Shown here: positions 50,034 through 59,291 of the stretch, one piece after another
Numbering within the stretch: the stretch's first letter is position 1
Layout of the letters: every line of letters starts with the position of its first letter
Source of the DNA: Eubacteriales bacterium
GTDB taxonomy: Bacteria > Bacillota > Clostridia > Oscillospirales > CAG-272
Direction of reading: 5' to 3'
NCBI GenBank assembly: GCA_045127235.1
Contig: JBGVPY010000065.1
Location: forward strand, 5,546-69,545
Length of the DNA: 64,000 bases
Made by a program: the position numbers and the translations under genes
The notes under the pieces: model-generated
What the model saw: only the letters and a program-made list of their open reading frames with translations
Databases searched by the model: none
What the model was told of the DNA's origin: nothing

Positions 50034-51980
50034 TTAGTAATTTGTGATTAAAACTTCAATTGTTTCCGTTGATTTGTCTTTTAATTGGTAATTACAATTG
50101 GAGTAACTACTGTTTATATAATTGATATTGTATTTTTTGGACCACTCCATTAAAATCTTGTTTTCTTTTCCTTTGTGCTTTAAAACATTGGAAAGTGCAA
50201 AACGAATTCCTTTTTTGTTGGCTTCATCTAGGTATGCACATAGAGCTTTTTCTTCTTCTTCACCCCAGTCATGAAACCCACGATTTCCATCATTGTAGGA
50301 TCCGGTAGTTATCAAATATGGAGGATCGCAATAAATAAAATCATTGCAGTCTAAAGCAGATAGACTGATTTCCCTAAAATCTCTAGTGTAAAATTCAATG
50401 TTTTTCTTTTTTAGTGTTTCCATAAAAAGAATTAGATTGCGTCTTGTTGTTTCAGAATATTGGCTTCTGTTTCTTCCAAAAGGATTGTTGTATTCCATTT
50501 GGTTGTTAAATCTAAATTGATAATTAAAAGAGAAGCATGAAAGTGTGAACAAGTCTACTGGATTACCAGTTTGATTATAGTAATCTCTAAAGGCTTTATA
50601 ACCGGCTTCATTTTCTTTTGACAAGTTATATTCTTTTATTTTGTCATCAATTCTTTTTAAGACGGTAGGAATATCGGCAAAACAAAAGAAACGTACCATT
50701 TCAACAATACGAGTATTAAGATCATTGCAAATAGTCCTGTTTGCATCAACATTAACAGAAACATTGAATCCACCTGCAAACAAGTCGACAAAGGTATCGA
50801 TATTTTGTGGGAATAAACTCATTAGTTGAGGTAAAAGTTTGTATTTACCACCTATATAATTCATAGGACTTTTGACAAATCTTTTTGAGTCAACACCTGG
50901 TATTAACAACGTTTCTTGCGTTTTTGGTTGCGTGATTGGTTGAAAGTTTTCTTTCACTTGTTTTTTTGCGTAAAATATGTATTCGAAGTGATCAGCTTTC
51001 CCGTTTTGAGGTTGTTTAGATTTATACCTGCTATAAGGGATTTTATATAGCTTTACTGTGTCTGCTATGCAATTGGATTTTAAAATATCTATAATTTCAT
51101 CGGCAGAAAGAAGGCCGTCATCACTGTAGCTGATAATGATATGTTTGAATTCGGCATCTGAAATTAAAGATTCAAATGAAGATTTTACAGATTTTTTTAC
51201 GCAATAGTTGGATTTTTCATTGCCGTATGGACGAACACCAGTAACACCCTTTAAAGAAGGAGAGTCGTATTTTGCAACGGTCTCAAGTAGATGATAGTTA
51301 GGCAAATACTGACGTTCGTTGTATGGGGGATCTATATACAAGATGTCACCACTTATTTTTTTAATGAGTTCGTTGGCGTCTTCGTTATAACAAATGTTTC
51401 TTTGATCGTTGTCAATAACACTTAATTTTATTAACTCAAAACGTTTGAAAACGCGCTTGTCCCATGATTTTAAATACGCACCGTAAGTTCCGGTTATGTT
51501 TGAAACGTATGGGATACCTTCGATTAATGCCGCCAAAAGATATTTGAATTCGTTAGAATCTATCAAACCGCTTTTTTTCCAAGTGTCAATTGTAGTTCTA
51601 ATAAAATCAATTCTTCGAGCGCTTTCTTCGGTTAGATACATGCGACCAGCAGGACCAACAGGAGAATATTCTTGTGTAACAAAACCTTGAAAAGAAGAAA
51701 CATCTGTAGACTCAAGATAAGCAAATGGGTCATCTATGCCAGATGCTTTTAATTTTTCAAAGGTGGGAACTGTGTTGTTTTCAATAGTAGCAGCAGTTAA
51801 TATATGTGAAAAATAGAGAAGATCATTACTTATTATTTTGTAATATGGTTTGAAAAATCTAGAAACTGAACCAGTTCCAGAAAAGATATCACAAAACACT
51901 TGACTGCCGTCGTTGCAATTTTCGTCAATGACTTCTTTTATATTTTCTAATAGGTTGCTTTTATTTCCTATAAATCTCAT
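50034..51980 (-). CDS. two-domain (tandem Dam/D12-class) adenine methyltransferase, M.FokI-like architecture
   Basis: Domain 1: MRFIGNKSNLL, DIFSGTGSV, LYIDPPYNERQY. Domain 2: NYIGGKYKLL, DLFAGGFNV, IYCDPPYLITTGSYN. Confidence 0.88.
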   Translation of the reverse strand: MRFIGNKSNLLENIKEVIDENCNDGSQVFCDIFSGTGSVSRFFKPYYKIISNDLLYFSHILTAATIENNTVPTFEKLKASGIDDPFAYLESTDVSSFQGFVTQEYSPVGPAGRMYLTEESARRIDFIRTTIDTWKKSGLIDSNEFKYLLAALIEGIPYVSNITGTYGAYLKSWDKRVFKRFELIKLSVIDNDQRNICYNEDANELIKKISGDILYIDPPYNERQYLPNYHLLETVAKYDSPSLKGVTGVRPYGNEKSNYCVKKSVKSSFESLISDAEFKHIIISYSDDGLLSADEIIDILKSNCIADTVKLYKIPYSRYKSKQPQNGKADHFEYIFYAKKQVKENFQPITQPKTQETLLIPGVDSKRFVKSPMNYIGGKYKLLPQLMSLFPQNIDTFVDLFAGGFNVSVNVDANRTICNDLNTRIVEMVRFFCFADIPTVLKRIDDKIKEYNLSKENEAGYKAFRDYYNQTGNPVDLFTLSCFSFNYQFRFNNQMEYNNPFGRNRSQYSETTRRNLILFMETLKKKNIEFYTRDFREISLSALDCNDFIYCDPPYLITTGSYNDGNRGFHDWGEEEEKALCAYLDEANKKGIRFALSNVLKHKGKENKILMEWSKKYNINYINSSYSNCNYQLKDKSTETIEVLITNY

Positions 51981-52084
51981 AAATCCTCCAAATTACATCC
52001 TATAACATCCTTGATTATGATTATAACTTAGTTCGCGCGTAAAGTCAAGAGTTTGGGAAAATAAAATTAAATGTTGTAATATTG

Positions 52085-52113
52085 TTGCAGACGATTGATT
52101 TGTTTGCTATAAT
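52085..52113 (+). promoter_or_regulatory. promoter candidate for the STAND gene
   Basis: TTGCAG, 17 nt, TATAAT (52108-52113). Confidence 0.45.
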
Positions 52114-52204
52114 AAACTTATAAATTACAAGTTTACTAAAAATGTAAAAATTTAGTTGAAATAAACGTTGTCAACCAAAACAATATTATCAGGAGGAGCG
52201 TACA

Positions 52205-55200
52205 ATGAATTGGGGGACTTTTCAGACATATAATGATGCATCTGACAAAGCTTTTGAAGTTTTGTGCAATCAACTTTTTGAAAATTGGTGTAGAAGCGAG
52301 TATAAAGAAAAAATAGAATCTTTCAATGTTGTTAATGGTGCCGGTGGTGATGGAGGAGTAGAGTCTTATGCAACATTAACCACAGGGGAAATTATTGCTA
52401 TGCAAGCAAAGTGGTTTTTAACTAGTATAGATAGTAATAAAATTTCTCAAATTAGGAATTCGATTAAAACTGCTATAAGCTTAAGACCTAATATTAATAG
52501 ATATATCGTATGCGTTCCAAGAGATCTTTCTTCGTTAACAGCTAAAAGTGAAAATACAGAAGAAAATCGCTGGAATAACTTGGTTGCAGAGTTTCCAAAA
52601 ATTCAGATTGAACTATGGAATGACACACGAATAACAACGGAAATACAAAAGGATACTTCGGTTGGAATAAATCGTTATTGGTTTTCAAAAACGGAAATTT
52701 CAAAAGACACTATAAGATTTGCTTTTGAAAAAGGAAAATCAAGTTGGCTGTCATCAAAATATGTTCCTGATTTAAATGAAAATGGTGTGATAAAACAGAA
52801 TATATGTAGATTCTTAGGCGACGAACAAGTGCATGTTCAATTAATTAAAAAAATAGATAAAATAAAAAAACTATATAGTAATTTTGACTTTTCTTTTAAA
52901 CAATTATTAGAGATTGCTAAATCTAAAATTTCCGATATAGAAACCATATTTTTAAATATTCAAACAGAACATTCAAAAATTAGTTTAATATTAGAACAAA
53001 TAGATAGATGGTTGACAAATGACACAAACGAGATTTCGGAAATAGCAGAATCTTCTTTTTATGTTAACTATGAAGAGTATATAGAAAAAATACAAGAGAG
53101 CCGTGCTTGGCACGAGCATTATTTTCATACATCAGATATTGTCAAAATACTTAAGAAACTTTCTCAATTTGATTATTATCAATTAGTGCATAATGTTAAA
53201 GAGTTAATAGATAGAACAAGTTACTGGTGTATAGGAGATCCGGGCACTGGTAAAACGCATGGAGTTGCTTCAACGGTAGAAGAAATAATTAAAGATGACT
53301 ATCATTCAGCCATAATTATTCAAGCGAAAGAAATACCTCAAACATATACATGGCATAACATCGTCATGGCTCATTTGGGATTGTCTTCGTGGGGAGAAGA
53401 TGAATTATTTCAAGGACTAATTTCGATGGTTAATCGAAATAGGTTTAAGCCGGAGAACTTAAATAAAACAGTAAAAATACAACCTAAATTTTTAATTATA
53501 GTTGATGGAATTGATGAATCATCTCTTCACGAAAAATGGATTGAACGAATAAAAGAAACTGCAGCAATTGTGGAAAAATATCCGCAGCTACGATTTTTCT
53601 TTACATCAAGACCATCTGTTTTTCCACGTGATTTGGGAAATGCTAGAACTTTAAGATTGAGAAGTGATGGGGATGTTTCAATTAGTCTTTTGTTTGACAA
53701 ATACATAAAAGCATATAATGTCAATGCAAAAAACAAAGGTTGGTTGAAGTATGCATTAACCACGCCTCTTTCATTGAAATTGTTTTGTGAATTAAATCAA
53801 AACAAGAAGGTAAGTTATTCTAAGGGTGCTGACCTTGCTCTTTCTAAATTGTTGAGAGAAAAAATTAATAAAATAGAAGAGGAATTTGTCAAACAAGCAG
53901 ATATAGATTTTGCTAATCAATATATTCATAGGACTATAATGCTTTTGACTAAAGAATTTTATACCGCTTCAAAATTGGAACGTTCAAACCTTGTATTGCG
54001 CATAAAAAATGAGTTGAATGTTGAAAAAATATGTGCAGAAAAATTACTTAAGTGTTTAGAACAATATGGTATTATTCGTTTATACTGTGAGCATAGTAAC
54101 ACATTTTTGAGCCCCAATACATATTTTTATTATTCTGGCATTCAAGGGTACTTTGATTATGCGTCTGCTCTTTTAATTCTTGATGAATGTGAGCATCCGG
54201 AAAAGATACAGTTTGATAAATATCCAAACATCCCTCAAAATTCATTGTATGGACTAGCTGTAATATCGATGCAGGAATACGGATATTTAATAACAAAAAA
54301 TCCTACCATAAAAGACATAGCATCCGAGTGGACGATATTGGAAATACAATTTTGGGCACTGAGACATTCATCTGCGGAGCAAGCACAACAGTATAAAGAA
54401 AGATGTTTAGAATTGATGGCAGAATCTGCGGATAATCTTATTACTATAACAAACAGCCTAATCTTGCCACTGTCTAGAGATGTGGAGCATCCTCTTGGAG
54501 TAATGCTATTAGATGAGTTTTTGCTAAGCTTTTCTTTGCCTGCTGAAAGAGATATTATTTGGTCAGTTTCTGGATATTTACGTGATGCCTATGGCAAACG
54601 TTGGTACAGAAGCGAGGAGCTTAAGTTGGGAAAAGATGAATACGGTTTGACAGAAGAGGATGTTTATAATGGTTGTCCGATCGTTTATGCATGGGCTCTT
54701 GCTTGTGTGAACAATTCTGTTCGTCAAACATATCGAAACGAATTAATGAAATGGGCTAAAAAAGTTCCGGAAGAATTTTTAAAATTGTTTTTAAAATTTT
54801 CGACTGTTAATGATCCTCAGATACTCAGCGACATGTTTTCTATAATGATGTGTTTAGTGTATGAATTACCTAGAGCTACCATTATCAAGGAAGTGAGTCA
54901 ATGGATCATGGCAAACGTTTTACATCCCAGCAAGATAGATTTAAACAGAAATATATCAGTACGATATTATTCGATTGCAATTCTTAGAAAAGCTATTTCT
55001 ATGAACATTATTTCAGTAACCGAAGCTATTTCTTGTTTGCCACCATATCATCTTGGGACATATGATATTAAATTGAGTAAAGAAGCGCTTGCTGGAACAA
55101 GAATGTCTGGTTATAGTGGTATAAATTACGATTTAGCAAGATATGTTTTAGTTGATCATTTTGAATCTGCATTTTATGATTTTAGGCATCGTAAAGAAAA

Positions 55201-56449
55201 AAAGTTAGAAAGATTAATAAAAAAAGTTGTTGAAAACAATCCAGACTTTTGTGGAATAACTGTTGAAAAATTCATTATTTCTGCAGCATTTGCGTATATA
55301 ACTGAAATGGGCTGGAAAGAATCCGAATTTCGCAATTTAACAAAAAATGAAACAGACTCGGATATAATAGGGGGTGTTGATTGCGACATAGGAAGGACGT
55401 ATTATCATGCCACTCACGGACAAAAAAGCAATGTGATGACCATTGCTGAAAAATATGTATGGCAAGCAAAAGATTATATAAGTGGTTTTTTGTGCGATAG
55501 ACTGCCTTGCGGTGAAAGATATGATTACATAACTGATTATGGAATGCTTAACGATTTTACCATACCAGTCCAAGAAATGATGCAAATAGATCCTGATAAT
55601 ATTCCAGAAGATAATCCTTGGCATAATCCTGAACCAAACGTTGCTTCTTTGTCCGGAAATAACAGTAGCAAAGAAGAAGTTATTAGGGATATTGTTAATG
55701 CGCCAGATTTTGATTGGGTGAAATGGATAGATGTTTCTAATAACGACAAAAAGTATAAATTAGAAAGTGAAGAATTGTTGGCATTGAGTTCATTTTCGTG
55801 TTTCTACGGGACAGCGGGAGTGGAAACATGTTTGTTCATTAACTCTATAATTTTAAATGAAAACGAATTTGATAAATTTATATTAAAATTACAAGAAAAT
55901 GAATTGTCTCCTATGTTATGTAATCCCACGGATTGGTATGGTGGAATAGAAACTTTATGTTATATAACCCCTAAAGAGGTTTGTTGGTTTGATTGGAAAA
56001 ATCGATATGAAAGTATGAACTGTGAGAGCTTTCCTGAAATAGAAATAACATCCGCTGTAGACAAATGTTGTTATAATTATTTGGAATATGGCGATGTGGA
56101 GTACTATATGCCTTCAACATTATTGCGTGCAATGCTAAATATAAAAGATTCGGATGGATATGCTTTTAAAGATGACAACGATGTTGTAAAAGCGGAGTAT
56201 TGCGTAACTGGCGAAAAGTGGGGAACATACCAAGATTATGTTTTAGTAGACAAAAAAATATTACTTTCTCAATTACATGCACAAAACAAAAAAGTGGTTT
56301 GGATTATGAAAGAGTATCGAAGAGAAGATGGAAAATCACGAGAAAAACATGGTGGCTTTTATGCGGATAAAGAAAAAAGCTACATAGGATATTTCAATGG
56401 CTCCAATTTTGAAGTTAAGGAAATATATTCAAGGATAGAACGTGATTGA
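52205..56449 (+). CDS. 1414-aa STAND NTPase with N-terminal Mrr-like nuclease (Avs-like antiviral sensor candidate)
   Basis: N-terminal GAGGDGGVESY...IIAMQAKWF (Mrr_cat-like D...QxK). Walker A CIGDPGTGKTHG (about 53233-53259). Walker B FLIIVDGIDES (about 53491-53520). About 900 aa of helical C-terminal region. Confidence 0.75.
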   Translation: MNWGTFQTYNDASDKAFEVLCNQLFENWCRSEYKEKIESFNVVNGAGGDGGVESYATLTTGEIIAMQAKWFLTSIDSNKISQIRNSIKTAISLRPNINRYIVCVPRDLSSLTAKSENTEENRWNNLVAEFPKIQIELWNDTRITTEIQKDTSVGINRYWFSKTEISKDTIRFAFEKGKSSWLSSKYVPDLNENGVIKQNICRFLGDEQVHVQLIKKIDKIKKLYSNFDFSFKQLLEIAKSKISDIETIFLNIQTEHSKISLILEQIDRWLTNDTNEISEIAESSFYVNYEEYIEKIQESRAWHEHYFHTSDIVKILKKLSQFDYYQLVHNVKELIDRTSYWCIGDPGTGKTHGVASTVEEIIKDDYHSAIIIQAKEIPQTYTWHNIVMAHLGLSSWGEDELFQGLISMVNRNRFKPENLNKTVKIQPKFLIIVDGIDESSLHEKWIERIKETAAIVEKYPQLRFFFTSRPSVFPRDLGNARTLRLRSDGDVSISLLFDKYIKAYNVNAKNKGWLKYALTTPLSLKLFCELNQNKKVSYSKGADLALSKLLREKINKIEEEFVKQADIDFANQYIHRTIMLLTKEFYTASKLERSNLVLRIKNELNVEKICAEKLLKCLEQYGIIRLYCEHSNTFLSPNTYFYYSGIQGYFDYASALLILDECEHPEKIQFDKYPNIPQNSLYGLAVISMQEYGYLITKNPTIKDIASEWTILEIQFWALRHSSAEQAQQYKERCLELMAESADNLITITNSLILPLSRDVEHPLGVMLLDEFLLSFSLPAERDIIWSVSGYLRDAYGKRWYRSEELKLGKDEYGLTEEDVYNGCPIVYAWALACVNNSVRQTYRNELMKWAKKVPEEFLKLFLKFSTVNDPQILSDMFSIMMCLVYELPRATIIKEVSQWIMANVLHPSKIDLNRNISVRYYSIAILRKAISMNIISVTEAISCLPPYHLGTYDIKLSKEALAGTRMSGYSGINYDLARYVLVDHFESAFYDFRHRKEKKLERLIKKVVENNPDFCGITVEKFIISAAFAYITEMGWKESEFRNLTKNETDSDIIGGVDCDIGRTYYHATHGQKSNVMTIAEKYVWQAKDYISGFLCDRLPCGERYDYITDYGMLNDFTIPVQEMMQIDPDNIPEDNPWHNPEPNVASLSGNNSSKEEVIRDIVNAPDFDWVKWIDVSNNDKKYKLESEELLALSSFSCFYGTAGVETCLFINSIILNENEFDKFILKLQENELSPMLCNPTDWYGGIETLCYITPKEVCWFDWKNRYESMNCESFPEIEITSAVDKCCYNYLEYGDVEYYMPSTLLRAMLNIKDSDGYAFKDDNDVVKAEYCVTGEKWGTYQDYVLVDKKILLSQLHAQNKKVVWIMKEYRREDGKSREKHGGFYADKEKSYIGYFNGSNFEVKEIYSRIERD

Positions 56450-56514
56450 AATTGAAAGTAAACTTAATTTTATAGTTGCGAATCATACGATTTCAAAACA
56501 AGAAAGAGAAAAAT

Positions 56515-56718
56515 ATGACCAAAATAATAAAAAATGCAATTCAGTGCAAACTGTGTGGAGAAGTTATTGAATCCAAGCATGTTCACGACTTTGTGCAATG
56601 CAAATGCGGAGCATGTGCAGTTGATGGCGGACATGATTATTTGCGTAGGTGCTTTAGAGATAAGGACTGTTACATAGACCTTTCCGAAAGTATCGAAATA
56701 TCTGAAGAAGATTCGTAA
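56515..56718 (+). CDS. small zinc-ribbon protein, paralog of 45991-46185
   Basis: IIKNAIQCKLCGEVIESKHVHDFVQCKCGACAVDGGHDYLRRC. Confidence 0.7.
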   Translation: MTKIIKNAIQCKLCGEVIESKHVHDFVQCKCGACAVDGGHDYLRRCFRDKDCYIDLSESIEISEEDS

Positions 56719-56781
56719 TAACACTGGACTTTTGAAAACTTGTGTGATATTGTGATGTTACCAAACAAAGGAGGTAGCATT

Positions 56782-57033
56782 ATGATATTAGAAGCGTTGA
56801 AAAGTTTGTATCCAAATGCGAGTGAAAAGGTGCTCATAGCTGTCAAGGAAGATCTTGAAAAGCTGCGTGGAAAGCAAGTAAGCACAGTAGAGCTTGTAGA
56901 TTGGATGGACAAGCTTGTTGCAGCACACACAATTAATGAAGCATTAAAAATAGAGGACGATTCAAAGCCGACCAGTGTCGGTAATGAGTCGTCCTTTGTT
57001 TATGTGGAGGGCAGTGATGAAATCAATGATTGA
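56782..57033 (+). CDS. hypothetical protein
   Basis: ATG follows AAAGGAGG. Confidence 0.55.
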   Translation: MILEALKSLYPNASEKVLIAVKEDLEKLRGKQVSTVELVDWMDKLVAAHTINEALKIEDDSKPTSVGNESSFVYVEGSDEIND

Positions 57034-57283
57034 TGAGCTGTGGTATGGGAATGTATCTCCAATGGATGATACAAGAAACAACACGGAAGAAATGAAGGAG
57101 CTGATGAGCTACATAGCTAGGCATCAGGAAGAACTCGTGGCAACACTAACGGACGAGCAGAAGGCGATTTTTGAGAAGTTCGATGACTGTTGGAGCGAAT
57201 ACGCAAGCAAGGCAGAAAAAGCGATATTTTCATATGCCTTCAAGCTCGGAGCAAGGCTCACGCTCGAAACACTAACCGACTGA
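57017..57283 (+). CDS. hypothetical protein
   Basis: ATG follows GGAGGG. Overlaps the upstream gene. Confidence 0.55.
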   Translation: MKSMIDELWYGNVSPMDDTRNNTEEMKELMSYIARHQEELVATLTDEQKAIFEKFDDCWSEYASKAEKAIFSYAFKLGARLTLETLTD

Positions 57284-57286
57284 AAA

Positions 57287-57309
57287 GCACGGCAAAAACC
57301 GTGTTTTTT
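57287..57309 (+). terminator. intrinsic terminator
   Basis: gcacgg / ccgtg stem plus TTTTTT. Confidence 0.65.
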
Positions 57310-57352
57310 CTTTGCCAATTTTAAGATGTCTTGAAATCGCGACATGCAAGAC

Positions 57353-57381
57353 TTGACAAATTTTTCACTATCCGGTAAAAT
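57353..57381 (+). promoter_or_regulatory. near-consensus promoter with no obvious downstream ORF
   Basis: TTGACA, 17 nt, TAAAAT. The next credible CDS starts at 58063. Confidence 0.5.
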
Positions 57382-57654
57382 AGAAACACATAGAGCTACG
57401 ACCTTGTGTTATGGCTCATAAAATAGTTTGTTACTGTTCTTTTTTATGCTGATAATGCAGAGTACTTAGCAGGCTTGCCTGCACAAATAAATATCTACGA
57501 AGGTAGGTATCATTACATATTTAAGTAACAAGCGAAAGGTAAAAACTACGATTTTGTGCGTGGTTCTTTTCGCTATGCTTGAATGTGAAGTGATGCCTAT
57601 CTTTTTTGCGTTTAGTAAACAATTTGTAAACATTTTCAAAAAGGGGAATATTTT

Positions 57655-58005
57655 TGCCGTTTTCGATGGCTACCAATTGAGGGATAAAAATATTTTCTGA
57701 AAAAGTTGCCCTTTTTATGCGTTTTCGGTGACCTATTAGAGGGCAAAAAATATTTTTCAAAAAACCTTATATTTTCTTCATTTTCAATGGCTACCTATTG
57801 AGGGGATAAATTATTTTCAAAAAAAGCTTGACAAAAAGCCATTTTCAATGGCTACCACTTGAGAGTAAAAAATATTTTTCAAAAACACGCATATTTTTTG
57901 CATTTTCACTGCCTACCTATTAGAGGGCAAAAAATATTTTTCTTAAAACCTTATATTTTCTTCACTTTCGCTGCCTACCAATTAGAGGGATAACTGTTCA
58001 AAAGG
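57655..58005 (+). repeat. six ~60-bp direct repeats (iteron array)
   Basis: Units similar to ATTTTCAATGGCTACCTATTGAGGGATAAAAATATTTTTCAAAAA begin near 57659, 57721, 57780, 57841, 57901 and 57964. Confidence 0.8.
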
Positions 58006-58062
58006 TGTATCGCTGTAATCAAAGAATACATAACTCAAAAAATTAAAACAGGAGGAGCCTTA

Positions 58063-58476
58063 TTGAACAAAGAAATCGACAAATCAGGAAACTATTTCTT
58101 AGCACCGAAAAGCATTTTCAGCCTGGGCTTATCATCAGGCGAGATAACCTTGTATCTGTACCTTATGTTCTGCGAGGACAGAAACACCTACAAGTGCTAC
58201 CCAAGCTATTCCACCATAGGAAAAGCGACAGGAATGAGCAACAATACTGTTCGCAAATATGTGGAAAGCTTGGAAAGACGAGGTCTTATCTTCACCGAGC
58301 ATACAACTGTCATAACCAAGGACGGCAGAGCTCATAACGGAAGCCTAAGATACACTATCAATCCGATACAGCCTATCGAGGAAATGTATTTTCAAAGGCA
58401 GCTAAGAGAAGCGAACGCAAGAAGAAAACTAATCGAGTACGAAAGGAGAAAGCAAAATGAAAAAGTCAATGTATAA
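58063..58476 (+). CDS. winged-helix replication-initiator-like protein
   Basis: TTG start after AGGAGG. YPSYSTIGKATGMSNNTVRKYVESLERRGLI is an HTH. Lies adjacent to the iterons. Confidence 0.55.
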   Translation: MNKEIDKSGNYFLAPKSIFSLGLSSGEITLYLYLMFCEDRNTYKCYPSYSTIGKATGMSNNTVRKYVESLERRGLIFTEHTTVITKDGRAHNGSLRYTINPIQPIEEMYFQRQLREANARRKLIEYERRKQNEKVNV

Positions 58477-58672
58477 GAGCAAGGATGAGCTACCAATGTT
58501 CTTGTCAGTTATGGATTTAGCCGACCTACTTGGAATCTCACGAGCAAGCGCATATGAGCTTGTAAACGAGGAGGAATTTCCAAAGCTAAAAATTGTGCAA
58601 GGAAGAACTATCATACCAAGAGATAGACTCCTTGAATGGCTAGATGAAAAGACCAGATATGACAAGATTTGA
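58457..58672 (+). CDS. xis: excisionase-type (MerR-like HTH) DNA-binding protein
   Basis: LSVMDLADLLGISRASAYELVNEEEFPKLKIVQGRTIIPRDRLLEWL. Confidence 0.7.
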   Translation: MKKSMYKSKDELPMFLSVMDLADLLGISRASAYELVNEEEFPKLKIVQGRTIIPRDRLLEWLDEKTRYDKI

Positions 58673-58709
58673 TATCTTGTTATTGGAGCAGGATAAAGCC
58701 GTGTCTTGA

Positions 58710-58741
58710 CTCGGCATACCACATCGCACGGCAATGCCGAG
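58710..58741. other. inverted repeat, oriT candidate
   Basis: ctcggcat / atgccgag 8-bp arms. Flanked by direct repeats cgtgtcttg at 58700 and 58781. Lies upstream of the RHH and relaxase genes. Confidence 0.35.
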
Positions 58742-58880
58742 CGTGTAAGGAGTTATGTGATATTTACGCTATTAAAAAATCGTGTCTTGTGGTAGCCGAT
58801 TTCAAGAAAACAAGTCTAAAACAACAAAAAATCAAGGTGTTACAAGGACACTATAATGTCTAACACCAGAAGGAGAAAAA

Positions 58881-59282
58881 ATGAAAGAAAATAACACACT
58901 TGAAGCACGAGGTGTCAGCCTTACTAAAAATCAATGGGAGCGATGCGAAAGATTGTCAAATGAAAATGGCTATCGTTCTCGAAATGCGTTCATTCGTGAT
59001 GCAATAGATTTCTATTGCTCTTGGCTTGAAAAGGAGCAAAACGAAAGGTTTTTAACACCGGCACTTGAATCGGTTATCGGTGCAAAAATCCGTGATAGTG
59101 AGAGTAGAATTAGTCGAAATCTTTTCAAAATTGCAGTCGACCTTTCTGTGCTTGGAAAGATAATTCTTGACGAAAACGGTGGCGGTTATGATGAAGATGT
59201 TCTTGAAAGCTATCGTCGTGATAGCATACGCGAGGTGTCCGAAACTAATGGCACAATCCGTATGGAAGAGCGCTTTAAATAA
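58881..59282 (+). CDS. ribbon-helix-helix relaxosome accessory-like protein
   Basis: GVSLTKNQWERCERLSNENGYRSRNAFIRDAIDFY is an RHH pattern. Lies immediately upstream of the relaxase. Confidence 0.55.
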   Translation: MKENNTLEARGVSLTKNQWERCERLSNENGYRSRNAFIRDAIDFYCSWLEKEQNERFLTPALESVIGAKIRDSESRISRNLFKIAVDLSVLGKIILDENGGGYDEDVLESYRRDSIREVSETNGTIRMEERFK

Positions 59283-59291
59283 GGAGAAAAA

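Noticed and set aside
48066-55749. Antisense or out-of-frame ORFs inside the endonuclease, methyltransferase and STAND genes (for example 48085-48456, 48212-48436, 50641-50829, 51496-51690, 53527-53763, 54072-54296, 55174-55749)
   Set aside because: They are embedded in long ORFs with clear catalytic motifs and have no independent signals.
57521-58005. CRISPR array, or ORF 57521-57760, at the repeat region
   Set aside because: The repeats are about 45 bp and degenerate, with only about 15 bp of variable spacing and a 60-bp period. There are no cas genes, and a Rep-like gene lies adjacent, so these are iterons. The minus ORF merely reads through the repeats.
58135-58863. ORFs 58135-58335 (minus), 58429-58734 (minus) and 58669-58863 (plus)
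   Set aside because: The first two are antisense to the Rep-like and Xis genes. The third lacks an RBS and covers the inverted and direct repeats interpreted as oriT.
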